This document shows positions 10,305 through 19,587 of a stretch of DNA of 64,000 nt, piece after piece. Each line of letters starts with the position of its first letter. Within the stretch, counting starts at the first letter, position 1. The notes beneath the pieces were generated by a model. That model made no database searches. It saw nothing but the letters and a program-made list of their open reading frames with translations, and was not told where the DNA came from. Origin of the DNA: an uncultured cyanobacterium (GTDB lineage Bacteria > Cyanobacteriota > Cyanobacteriia > Leptolyngbyales > Leptolyngbyaceae); contig CAVYAN010000072.1 in the NCBI GenBank assembly GCA_963766075.1, forward strand, positions 32,001-96,000. Reading direction: 5' to 3'. The position numbers and the translations under genes were made by a program.

Positions 10305-10472
10305 CTTCCCTCAATGCCGACGAGGTTAGCTGACGGGCTAGGACTGAGAGATGTCCTTTTTCAGCATGTCACTCTGAAAATTCGCCCCCGTGAGCTTAAA
10401 GAGCTTGGTTCCCCCGCTTTTCGTTTCATCTTGCGCAGCGATACACACTGAAGAACGAAAATTAAGCTGACT
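10305..10472 (-). ncRNA. c-di-AMP riboswitch (ydaO/yuaA class)
   Basis: The minus strand carries the family hallmarks in order: GCTTAAT ... GCGGGGGAACCA ... GGGGCGAAT ... AGGA ... CTCTCAGTCCTAGCCCGTCAGCTAACCTCGTCGGC ... TGAGGG. It sits in the 5' leader of the ABC operon. Confidence 0.88.
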
Positions 10473-10597
10473 TAACTCAGATTTAAAGGAGGATATCACT
10501 ATCATTTCAGCGCTGTCAACACCTAAATTATCGATACCTAAACCCCTGTGCAGGCTAGAGCGAACCTATACCGACTCAATACTGACTAGAAATATGC

Positions 10598-11026
10598 CTA
10601 ATAATCGTCTTCCTTGCCATACACATCGTCATAGCGGGGGCTATCGATGCGATCAGGACGACTATCTAGGCGAGTGTCCGGGCGAGTGTCCGGTCTACCC
10701 TCTGGGCGGCGATCTTCCCGCTCTCGCCGATCCTCTCGGCGCATATTCAACAGCTTGGGCGTCCGCTCTTCCGGCGCAAACTCCAAGCGGATCCGGACCC
10801 GGCCCCGTTGCCAACCCTGGGTACTGAAGCGCAGAGCCTCGCAGTCTAGCCCATCACTAAACCAGCCTTCATTGTCTTCAGTCCAGTCTTGCTCGCGATC
10901 GCTAACGGCCTGGGCCAAAGCATCCAAAAACTCACCGACTTTAAAGGTGGGATTAGGCATCAGCACCCGCCCGACGCTGATAAAAAGAACTTCATCGTTA
11001 TCCAGCGGTTGAAATTGATCGTTCAT
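10598..11026 (-). CDS. KGK-domain protein
   Basis: GWFSDGLDCEALRF..QGWQRGRVRIRLEF is the KGK-domain pattern; R/D-rich repeat tail. Confidence 0.8.
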   Translation of the reverse strand: MNDQFQPLDNDEVLFISVGRVLMPNPTFKVGEFLDALAQAVSDREQDWTEDNEGWFSDGLDCEALRFSTQGWQRGRVRIRLEFAPEERTPKLLNMRREDRREREDRRPEGRPDTRPDTRLDSRPDRIDSPRYDDVYGKEDDY

Positions 11027-11140
11027 TCGTTCCGTCCTTGATTGGTCACAGGCCCTTAGTCATTGGCTATCCAGGATGGGACATGGGTCACAGAATGCTG
11101 CCCCTGACGCCTGTCCCATCACTCAGCAGCCCATGACGCT

Positions 11141-12156
11141 CTAGAGAAACCATCCGTAGCTATGTAAACCTTTGCCTAGTAGGTTAACACCCAAGTAGCA
11201 AATCCAAACGACCAGGAAGCCCGCAGCAGCCAGCAGAGCGGGGCGACGACCTTGCCAACCCTTAGTAATCCGAGCATGGAGATAGGCCGCAAACACAAGC
11301 CAAGTGATCAACGCCCACGTCTCTTTGGGATCCCAGCTCCAGTAGGAGCCCCATGCTTCGTTGGCCCAGACCGCCCCAGCAATAATACCAATGGTTAGCA
11401 GCGGAAAGCCCAAGCCGATAATGCGGTAGCTGATGTTATCGAGGGTATCAGCAAGGCTGAGCCGCTGCGGGGAGAGCGCAGCGGTGGCAACAACAGGCAT
11501 TTCGAGCACAGCGGTGCCCCCACCGGCACTCGGGAGGGTGGAACCAGCGGCAGCAGCGGGCATTCCTGCGTCCTGCGGAGATCCGGCCTGGTGCAATTTA
11601 TAGGCTTTGTCCCGATAGGCACCCGTACCGATAGAACTGCCCTTGAGTTCAATAGACTGGCCTCGGGTAACCACCAGAAACGCGATCGCCAACAAGGCCC
11701 CGACCATGAGGGTGGCATAGCTGAGCATCATGACACTGACATGCATCATCAGCCAGTTCGACTTAAGGGCGGGAACTAGCGGTTCGGATGCCTGCATATC
11801 TGTGGGCAAGGTCAGGGTTGCAAAGGCGGTGATGCCCATCGCGACAGGAGCCGTAACAGCACCGACCAAGCGGCTCTGGCTCATAGTTTCAGCCACAAAG
11901 TGGATGGCCGTAATGCCCCAGGTGAGAAAAAACAAAGACTCGTAGAGGTTACTCAGGGGGAAATACCCCGCATCGAGCCATCGAGCCCCAGAAGAGCCGT
12001 AATGCAAAGGTTGGCGATCGCCATGCCCACCGTGCCCAGGGCTGAGAGATAAGGTATGCGGGGAAAGGCGGTGCTAATCCAGTAGGCCAACATAGTGGCA
12101 AACAGGACCGCAAAGGCCGCATTATCCAAAACACTTTGGAGTCTAACCAAATTCAT
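11141..12156 (-). CDS. ccsA: Cytochrome c biogenesis protein CcsA/CcsB; 1-base frameshift at about 11986-11989 (probably a sequencing error)
   Basis: Track ORFs 11953..12156 and 11141..12007 join as ...[21 protein letters not shown] if one G is added to a G4 run; WWD motif [20 protein letters not shown]. Confidence 0.92.
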
Positions 12157-12277
12157 ACCGTTGCTCTCCCGACAGGTAACGACTCATTCTAAAGGCTGTC
12201 CTTCCTATCCTACGCTTGTTGTGGGGTGTTATGGGGAATTTGCCGGATTGATCCCTAAGCCAGGTGCAAAGGCTGCG

Positions 12278-13690
12278 CTACAGCCGACTGCCAATGGGCA
12301 ACTCGCCCCGCATCGCGGTTTTGCGGCTTTCAAAGACTTGCAGCACGCCGTCCGTAATCGTGTGGACTACCGTGCAATCGCAGCGGGCCAAAAATGCTTC
12401 CGTTTCCAACTCCCCCGCGAAAAAATCCTTGGCATAGCCCAGTAGGCGACGCGCTTCAGCAAACCCAATGGATTTAATAATAAAGGTCGCCACCGGAGAA
12501 TTTTTAATGTCGTAGGACGATGATTGACTGCGGCCTTTTTCTAGCAATCCGAGAACCTCGTACTCTAGCGGGGTAGCCGGCGGAATTTTCATCTCCACGT
12601 TAGGCAAAAAATTCTCCAACTGCGCGACGGATCGCCCTAAAAATGGCAATTCCCCCATCATGGTAGCCAGGGGAATATCCGGACCAATGCGCCGCGCCAA
12701 CGCTTCAATCACGGCAATGGATAACAGCTTACTCCCCAGATACAGGCGGGCAACCTCCAAATTTTTCTGGGTTCTCGCAATCAGAAGACGATAGTGGCTG
12801 GCCGGGGGCTCATTCTGAAATTGCTGAAACACCGTCTCTGGACTTAGCAAATGCATAAATCCTTCCATTTTTTGTAGCGACTCACGATAGCCATGCACGG
12901 TATAGGAGTTGGCATTCTTGAGGTCGTGGTTCGTTTCGGGCAGTAAGTTCCAAGTATTGTCCAGAAAATCAGCAGAATTGGGATAGGCAAAGTTTTCCAC
13001 ATCCCGATTAGCCAGTCGGACCGATCGCCGCACCACTTCTTGCAGGTCGGCTTCGGTCCAGCCAAAGCCGAATATGACATTGGTTTTGGCAAGATTCTGA
13101 TAGCGGCGATCGCTGGGACTTTCCCCCGCCGCCGAGACCGCCCGAAAGGGAATCGTCGCCTCGATACAGGCCGCAATTTGTGCGATCGTCGGGGGCGACA
13201 GCACCATTTCCAAGGACTTAGCAGCAATCATCGCGCTCAAGAACTCGTTCTGTCCAGCCGTCGGCAGCAGTGCTTGCCCTTCAAAAAACCCAAAAATCTG
13301 CTCCACCATCTCAAACATGGGAAACATCGGCGCATCTGAGATTTCTGATTTTTCCCGAATCACCAGCAGTCCATTGGCTTCTTTCACAAAGGCCGCAATA
13401 AACCGACTGATGTTCACACTGATGCCCTGATCCACCTGCACATACACAATGTCGTGAAACAGCGCCGCTAAAACCTCGATCGCATCACCGCTTTCACCCA
13501 CCTCAAAAATATGTTCCGGCGTATGAAAGTACCGCCACGGACCCGTCATGGTTTGAATAATGAGATCAGCAATCCGCTCCAGCGACTCCCGCTGTAAGGT
13601 ACCGCCTAACTGCTGCACCGCCCACTCTACCCGCTCCAAACAGCGGTTCTGATACTCCCTGAGCCGTTGATCTGGATCCACCCCATTCAT
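12278..13690 (-). CDS. Hypothetical protein with an HD-like metal-binding signature
   Basis: Long ORF (track 12278..13750; likely ATG at 13690, MNGVDPDQ) with RYFHTPEH ... LAALFHDIVY and a later RD. Confidence 0.7.
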   Translation of the reverse strand: MNGVDPDQRLREYQNRCLERVEWAVQQLGGTLQRESLERIADLIIQTMTGPWRYFHTPEHIFEVGESGDAIEVLAALFHDIVYVQVDQGISVNISRFIAAFVKEANGLLVIREKSEISDAPMFPMFEMVEQIFGFFEGQALLPTAGQNEFLSAMIAAKSLEMVLSPPTIAQIAACIEATIPFRAVSAAGESPSDRRYQNLAKTNVIFGFGWTEADLQEVVRRSVRLANRDVENFAYPNSADFLDNTWNLLPETNHDLKNANSYTVHGYRESLQKMEGFMHLLSPETVFQQFQNEPPASHYRLLIARTQKNLEVARLYLGSKLLSIAVIEALARRIGPDIPLATMMGELPFLGRSVAQLENFLPNVEMKIPPATPLEYEVLGLLEKGRSQSSSYDIKNSPVATFIIKSIGFAEARRLLGYAKDFFAGELETEAFLARCDCTVVHTITDGVLQVFESRKTAMRGELPIGSRL

Positions 13691-13962
13691 TACCAAACGC
13701 TCCACTTTGCACAGAGGAATTTTGCACCAATGGCCTTGCACCGATCGCACCCTACCAATCAGGCGACGCTGCAGGCATTAAACTGAAGATAGTTGCAAGA
13801 TTAATTGCACTGAGGATAATTCAGGTTACGGTGCATCCTAGCAAGATCATTTCTCCGATGGGACAACGCTGGATACGATTTGAAGGGTTAGCCGCCTTTC
13901 CCGTGAAAATCGGGAGCTCGGGATGTATGCAGGAATCTATACAGAAAACGGGCCAGAGCGCT

Positions 13963-14660
13963 TTAAATCATCATCCGCTCTAGGGCATGGGGATCAGGAA
14001 TTAGGAGAATATCGCGATCGCGCAGGATCAAATTTTTCTTTTCTAGCTTGCTGAGCACCCGCGTCACCGTTTCTCGCGCCAATCCGCTCAAACTGCTCAA
14101 CTCGCGATGGGGCAGATTAGGAATTTCGGTCCCCTGCGGCCCCTTTTTACCCTGCCCATCCGCTAAAAACAGCAGCACATCCGCCACTCGCGACGTACTA
14201 TCCGACTCCCGCAGCCGCAGCCGCCGATTGACTGGCGTAAGCGCCGTGCCATAAGTGGTGCCAGCCGAATCCCCGCCTTGGCCTCCACCTGTAGCAACTG
14301 CACAAAATCCTGAGAAGGCATATTGCCAATCACGGTCGGCACTAGCGTAATGACATCCGTAGAGCGCGGCACTTCATCAAGGGGAGCCATTTCCCCAAAT
14401 AATTCACCTTTACCCAGAATGTTGAACGTAACTTCTTTACCTTCTAAGTTGTAGGTGCGAATTTTCACCCAGCCGTTCAGAATGAAATAAACAGAGCTAC
14501 CCCAATCGTTCTCCAGAAGAATAACCTGGTTAGCCGGATGGCTGCGCAGCACGACATTGGATGTGACCTTATCCACAACCGAGTCTGGCAACCCCTCGAA
14601 AAAGGGCGCAGATCGAATCGATAAATCAGCGGTGGTGTCTTTCAGGCTGTATCCTTCCAT
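13963..14660 (-). CDS. crp: Crp/Fnr-family (cAMP receptor-like) transcriptional regulator; 1-base frameshift at about 14232
   Basis: cNMP domain FGEMAPLDEVPRSTDV in 14163..14660 and HTH LSSLSGLARETVTRVLSKL in 13963..14187. Adding one G restores RRLRQVNRRLRLRESDSTSRVAD. Confidence 0.88.
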
Positions 14661-14975
14661 TGCACTGACCGGAATAAACTCCCGAATTAGAATAAATGCG
14701 GCTGAATCACTATCATAGTGGATCGCCGTGACCCCGACTGATTATGCCAAATTAGACCAGAGCATACCGGAATATTAGACTAGAAACCGCGCGAAAGTTC
14801 CACGGAATCCTGAGCATTCTGCCTACGCCCAGCCTGAATCATTAAAACAATCCGTAGGCCCAGCTAAACCCGTTAAATTTCTGAGGTTTTGTCGTTTTTT
14901 TAATTCCCGTGACGTACACTTTGTGCGTATTACTGACATCTCAGCCTTCTCTCTCACTACTTAGGGGTCCGACCC

Positions 14976-17795
14976 GTGACTGCTCCCCAGGAACAACTCC
15001 AAGTCCTCATTTCTGAAATCGATGGCGTTTTGCAAAAGACAACATCCCGTCTGCCATGGGTTCTGTCCGGCGATGCCAGCCAGCAGCGTAAGATCTTGGA
15101 GCGCGTGCGGAATCACTTGGTGGCCCTACACAAACAAATCGGAGCGGAAACCCGCGATCGCCCCGGGATTACCCCAGGGGATCTGATGACCTATGACATC
15201 TACTATCAGCCCGCCGCAGGACCGCCCACCGCAGGGCAGCCCGTCCTGGGACAGCCCCAATTACCACCGAGCCTGCCCGCCGCCCTAGCATCACAACAAA
15301 TGGTTCAACTGCTGCGACAGGAAATGGTGCAGTGGCAAACCACCCTGGTTCAGCCCCTACAGGCAGAACTAGCCACCCTACGCCAACAGCGGGAAACCCT
15401 CCAAGCCGAAGTGCGGCAGTTAGAAAGGCAACTCGAAATACAGCGGCAAAACGCACTTCTGCAACAGCAAGCCTCCTTCCAACACACACTCTTGCACCAG
15501 CAAGCCAGCCTCCAGCCCACGCTGCACGATTTTCTCCAAGCGTGGATGGGTCGCCTACAGGAAAGCCTTTCCCAACAAATTTCCCAACAAATTAATCAAA
15601 GCTTCCAGGGGCAGGCCCCTTTAGCCCTATCGGCAGGGACCAGTCCAGACCCACTCCAACTCTCCAATCTCCAACTCTCTAATTTAGAGGCATCGCTTCG
15701 CCTCGTTTTTGAATCGCTCCAGCGGGACGTCAAAGCCTACCAGGACTCCCTTGCCCAAGGACTGAATCGGTTGTACGGCCTGGGACAGCAAAGTGAGGGC
15801 ATCGTGAGTGCGCTGCTGGGCCAGATGGCTCAGCAAATCGAGTCAACTGCTGCGATTGAGAACCAATCGGCGGTTCAGTCCTCAATCATCCCAAAAGCAG
15901 CGATCCCAGATCCCGCAATCCCAGGTCCCGCAATCCCCAGAGCACCTCTAGGGGGCACATGGCCCCCGATTGCGGCCCCCCTTCCCGAGCCTGCCCACAA
16001 AGATATTGAAAAATCTGTTGACGAATCTGTTGATGAATCGTCTGATCAATCTTCTGGACCCTCTGCTCAAACAACTCCACCTAGCCCATCTTCTCAACCG
16101 AATTCATCTCAACCTAATTCATCGCCTCAACCTGAGCCAGTTCCTGCCTCGCCGCCACAATATGCGGCATTCCCCTATCCAGGAAGTGAAGTACCATCAA
16201 TGGCCACGCCCAGGGCAGCCACCGAGCCCATTGATGCCGCCATTGATGACTGGATTCGTGACACAGGAGCCGACCAGGCAACCCAGGCCGCTTTACCCCC
16301 AGAATTTACAGACCTAAATCTCGCAGAATTGAGCCTCAGCCAGTTAGAAGCTCAGGAGATTGACCATCTGCTCGCTTCGGAAATTTCGCCACCGGTGGCA
16401 CCTTTAGACACTCCTATACCGAGTATTGCGGCCAGTAGCGCGACAGTGATGAGTCTACCAAGCGAGTCCACGGCTGAATTGGATGACTTCTACCACAGCC
16501 TATTTGGCTCTGCTGGAACCGAGCCTCCGACGGTGCCAACATCAGACTCCTTGATCACCGCGCCAAATTTACCCACATCGGAGTTACCCACATCGGCCAA
16601 ACGCGACCACATCACTTCCCTGACTGATTTGTTTGCCGATGTCCCCCCCTTGTCCACGGGCAACAACGATGACAGCGGCATAGCGCTAGCGGATCACCCC
16701 GCCCTCAGCTTTGATGCTGATGGATCACCCCCTGTCGATCGTGAACCAACGCATCAGCCCGAGGAATTCTTTATTCCGGCCTCTCCCGAAGAAACACTCT
16801 TGCCCAGCACCACCCCAGAGCCGGGAAGTGATCTGGATCTAGAGCTGGATGAAATTACCTTCAGTAGCTTAAGTGAGGATCTCTTCAATCTAGAACGAGA
16901 ATCTGGATCAGCACAGCCCTTTCCAGAGCCTTTTCTCCATTCCGGTGGAAGGGTCCATTCCGGTGAAAGAGCCTCATCACCTCAGGCGAATTCACCTGCG
17001 TCAGACCTTCCAGAGCTAGAGGACTGGGGCAATTTAGAGCTGGATGATTTTACTGAGGTAATCGCGGCAAACTTGGAAGAGCAGCGATCACCGAGCCGAT
17101 TCTCCCCAGCCCTGGATGACCTAGACAGCCTGTTTACAGAGGTGAGGCCCAGTAGTCCTCCCCCGCAGTCCACCCTATTGGCAGTAAATGCCGCAGCACC
17201 AGATGCCGCAGCACCAGAGGAAGTATTGACTGGTTTCGCCCAGGGAGCAGCCGCAACGGAAAGTAATCCAGTTCAGGCAAACCCCCTCGAGACGTCTTTT
17301 ACCTTCGCTGATATCGCAGCGCTCTTTGCCGATGCGCCCCCAGTAAGTCCCCCGTCAGCCAGCCCCTTACCTGCCACAGATGACTTACTGGCTAACGATC
17401 TAATCGCCAACAATTTAATCGCGCACGACTTGACCTCCGTCAACGTCACGCCAGCCAGTTCCACACCCGCTACTCCCACGCCAGCTAGCGTCGCACCCGC
17501 TAACTTCACGGTAGAGCGCCTCAATGATTTATTTGTGGAAGTGCCCACGCTGGATACCAGCGTCCCGCACGAAGCGGCCCTGACTCCAAATAGCCCAGCG
17601 CAAGACATCCCAGTGCAAGATGTCCCAGCGCAAGGCATCAGTAATTTCCAGAATGTTCCTATGAATTTTACCCTCGATCAAATTGGGAACTTGTACCTCG
17701 AAGTCCCAACCACGGCCCCGCCCCAGACTGGCACCCCTGATGCCAGACTCATCAAGGGAGACGGAATAGACAATTCCGATGATCCCGCTTCGTGA
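14976..17795 (+). CDS. Hypothetical 939-aa protein: N-terminal coiled coil plus an acidic Pro/Ser-rich disordered tail with repeated LF-x-[DE]-VP motifs
   Basis: Uninterrupted 2.8-kb ORF; Q/L-rich heptads in the first 300 aa or so; low-complexity tail. Confidence 0.8.
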   Translation: MTAPQEQLQVLISEIDGVLQKTTSRLPWVLSGDASQQRKILERVRNHLVALHKQIGAETRDRPGITPGDLMTYDIYYQPAAGPPTAGQPVLGQPQLPPSLPAALASQQMVQLLRQEMVQWQTTLVQPLQAELATLRQQRETLQAEVRQLERQLEIQRQNALLQQQASFQHTLLHQQASLQPTLHDFLQAWMGRLQESLSQQISQQINQSFQGQAPLALSAGTSPDPLQLSNLQLSNLEASLRLVFESLQRDVKAYQDSLAQGLNRLYGLGQQSEGIVSALLGQMAQQIESTAAIENQSAVQSSIIPKAAIPDPAIPGPAIPRAPLGGTWPPIAAPLPEPAHKDIEKSVDESVDESSDQSSGPSAQTTPPSPSSQPNSSQPNSSPQPEPVPASPPQYAAFPYPGSEVPSMATPRAATEPIDAAIDDWIRDTGADQATQAALPPEFTDLNLAELSLSQLEAQEIDHLLASEISPPVAPLDTPIPSIAASSATVMSLPSESTAELDDFYHSLFGSAGTEPPTVPTSDSLITAPNLPTSELPTSAKRDHITSLTDLFADVPPLSTGNNDDSGIALADHPALSFDADGSPPVDREPTHQPEEFFIPASPEETLLPSTTPEPGSDLDLELDEITFSSLSEDLFNLERESGSAQPFPEPFLHSGGRVHSGERASSPQANSPASDLPELEDWGNLELDDFTEVIAANLEEQRSPSRFSPALDDLDSLFTEVRPSSPPPQSTLLAVNAAAPDAAAPEEVLTGFAQGAAATESNPVQANPLETSFTFADIAALFADAPPVSPPSASPLPATDDLLANDLIANNLIAHDLTSVNVTPASSTPATPTPASVAPANFTVERLNDLFVEVPTLDTSVPHEAALTPNSPAQDIPVQDVPAQGISNFQNVPMNFTLDQIGNLYLEVPTTAPPQTGTPDARLIKGDGIDNSDDPAS

Positions 17796-19396
17796 GTTGG
17801 TATCTTGGCCTAGATCTGAACGCGGCAGGACCCTCTGCCACACTGTTGCATCGGCAAACTCGAATGGTCTACCCCCTGATGTGGCCCGCAGGGGAATTAG
17901 CCCTAGGAACTCGGAGCGCCCTAGGGGATCAGCCCCAGGTGAACTGGGCGTGGCAACATCGGGGTTTGAAACAAGGGATTCCGGGGGATGATGCCCGATC
18001 GCCGCAATTGCACTACGCCCAGGATCATTGGATATCACTTTCGACCCTGCGCCAGCAACTCGCGCAGCAATTGTTGCAGATCCCAATGATGCGCGCGACT
18101 GCCGCTCTGCCCCTCCCCCTATCCGGTATTCTCAAAAACCTTCGGGGGGTAGTTTTGGGTATACCAGGGGAAGGATCCGATTGCTACTGTTTCAATCTCC
18201 GGGAAGCCGTTCTGGAAGCAAATCTCGTCCAGAGTCCGGACCAAATCTTTTTTGTGGAAACAGCGATCGCGGCATGGCTCGGAGGCCAGCCCCCTATCGC
18301 GCCGCTACCCCCTCACACCCCATTACCCAGTCACACCCCATGGCCCAGCGACGCCAAGCACCCCAGCCACACCTTTGTCATTCACACAAACCCGGCAACC
18401 ACAGAATTGGGAGTCATCGCACTACCACTGGGAATAGAGGAGGTGGACTCTGCCCAGCGGCACTTGCTGAGTTTTGCCTATGGAGACATGGCGATGGCAC
18501 AGGATATTTTGTGTCAAATGTTTTATGGAGCGCTATCGCACCCCGATCTAGGCGTCGCCTCACTGCCCGTGCCGGGGCAGCCGGATGTCGTGATCCGCGA
18601 TCGCCTCCAGCAACGCCTCCAGAGTACGCTCCTAGGGCGCAGTTTATTGCAGATGGCAACCACACTCCACCAGGCATTTCGCCAACCCGGCGCACTGGAC
18701 TTTCACATTCACGGGGAAACCCGCACAGTGTACCCCGAAGACTTTAACCAAGCGGTATTGCAACCCTATCTGCAACGAATAAATTCAGCAATCAACCGAG
18801 TCATGGCACAAGCCAATCTCATTCCGAGCGAGATCCAGCAGGTGATTTGCAGTGGCGAGATCGCGAGCCAGGAAACAATTTCCCACTGGATGCAGAAAAA
18901 ATTTCCCACCGCTAGCCCCATTTGCCTACCGGTGGGCACAACGAACAGAGGCACAACGAACATCGCTACCGGCTTGGCCCGATTGCCCCTCTATCCACAA
19001 CTGTTTCGCACACAGCCACATCAGTACAGTAATTTGTTTTTAACCAAGGAAATTTTGACGGCATTGCCTACAAGGCCACTCTCTCTGGCAGACATTCTTA
19101 AAACCCTAGAACAGCGCGGCATCAATACAGTCCTCTGCCAGAACGCAATTTTGCGCCTACTGGAAGGACATTTACCCACGGGGCTGACCTCTGCACCAGA
19201 AGACGTAGCCTTGATTACGGATGGGGGAAAGGCATCGGTTGCAGCGGAACCTATCGCAGGGTTTATTAAAGTAGATAACCAGTATCAGATCCACCGGGAG
19301 GCGGGCGATCGCCTGCAAAGCCACCTCACCGCCCTCTTGACCCAAACGCACCAAACCCTGGCCGAACCGCTAACCTTGGCCAACCTGCAAGAATGA
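17792..19396 (+). CDS. Degenerate Hsp70/actin-fold protein
   Basis: WYLGLDL (phosphate-1 remnant), NLREAVLEANL...FVETAIAA, IQQVICSG, NIATGLA. Start overlaps the upstream stop (GTGA). Confidence 0.7.
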   Translation: MSWYLGLDLNAAGPSATLLHRQTRMVYPLMWPAGELALGTRSALGDQPQVNWAWQHRGLKQGIPGDDARSPQLHYAQDHWISLSTLRQQLAQQLLQIPMMRATAALPLPLSGILKNLRGVVLGIPGEGSDCYCFNLREAVLEANLVQSPDQIFFVETAIAAWLGGQPPIAPLPPHTPLPSHTPWPSDAKHPSHTFVIHTNPATTELGVIALPLGIEEVDSAQRHLLSFAYGDMAMAQDILCQMFYGALSHPDLGVASLPVPGQPDVVIRDRLQQRLQSTLLGRSLLQMATTLHQAFRQPGALDFHIHGETRTVYPEDFNQAVLQPYLQRINSAINRVMAQANLIPSEIQQVICSGEIASQETISHWMQKKFPTASPICLPVGTTNRGTTNIATGLARLPLYPQLFRTQPHQYSNLFLTKEILTALPTRPLSLADILKTLEQRGINTVLCQNAILRLLEGHLPTGLTSAPEDVALITDGGKASVAAEPIAGFIKVDNQYQIHREAGDRLQSHLTALLTQTHQTLAEPLTLANLQE

Positions 19397-19587
19397 ATCC
19401 ATCGCAATCAGGGGTAAAAAATTCTGCTTCATCCGTCCCATTCTCTCTAAATTGCAACGGAATCCTGACACAATCCAGAAGTGATCCTGAAATGTTGCTG
19501 TGGCTCTTGAGTGCTGACGGTATCCCTATGTCAGAATGTAAAGGGTTTTTTCAACCTCCATCAAGAACATTGACATAGGCGCAAACA

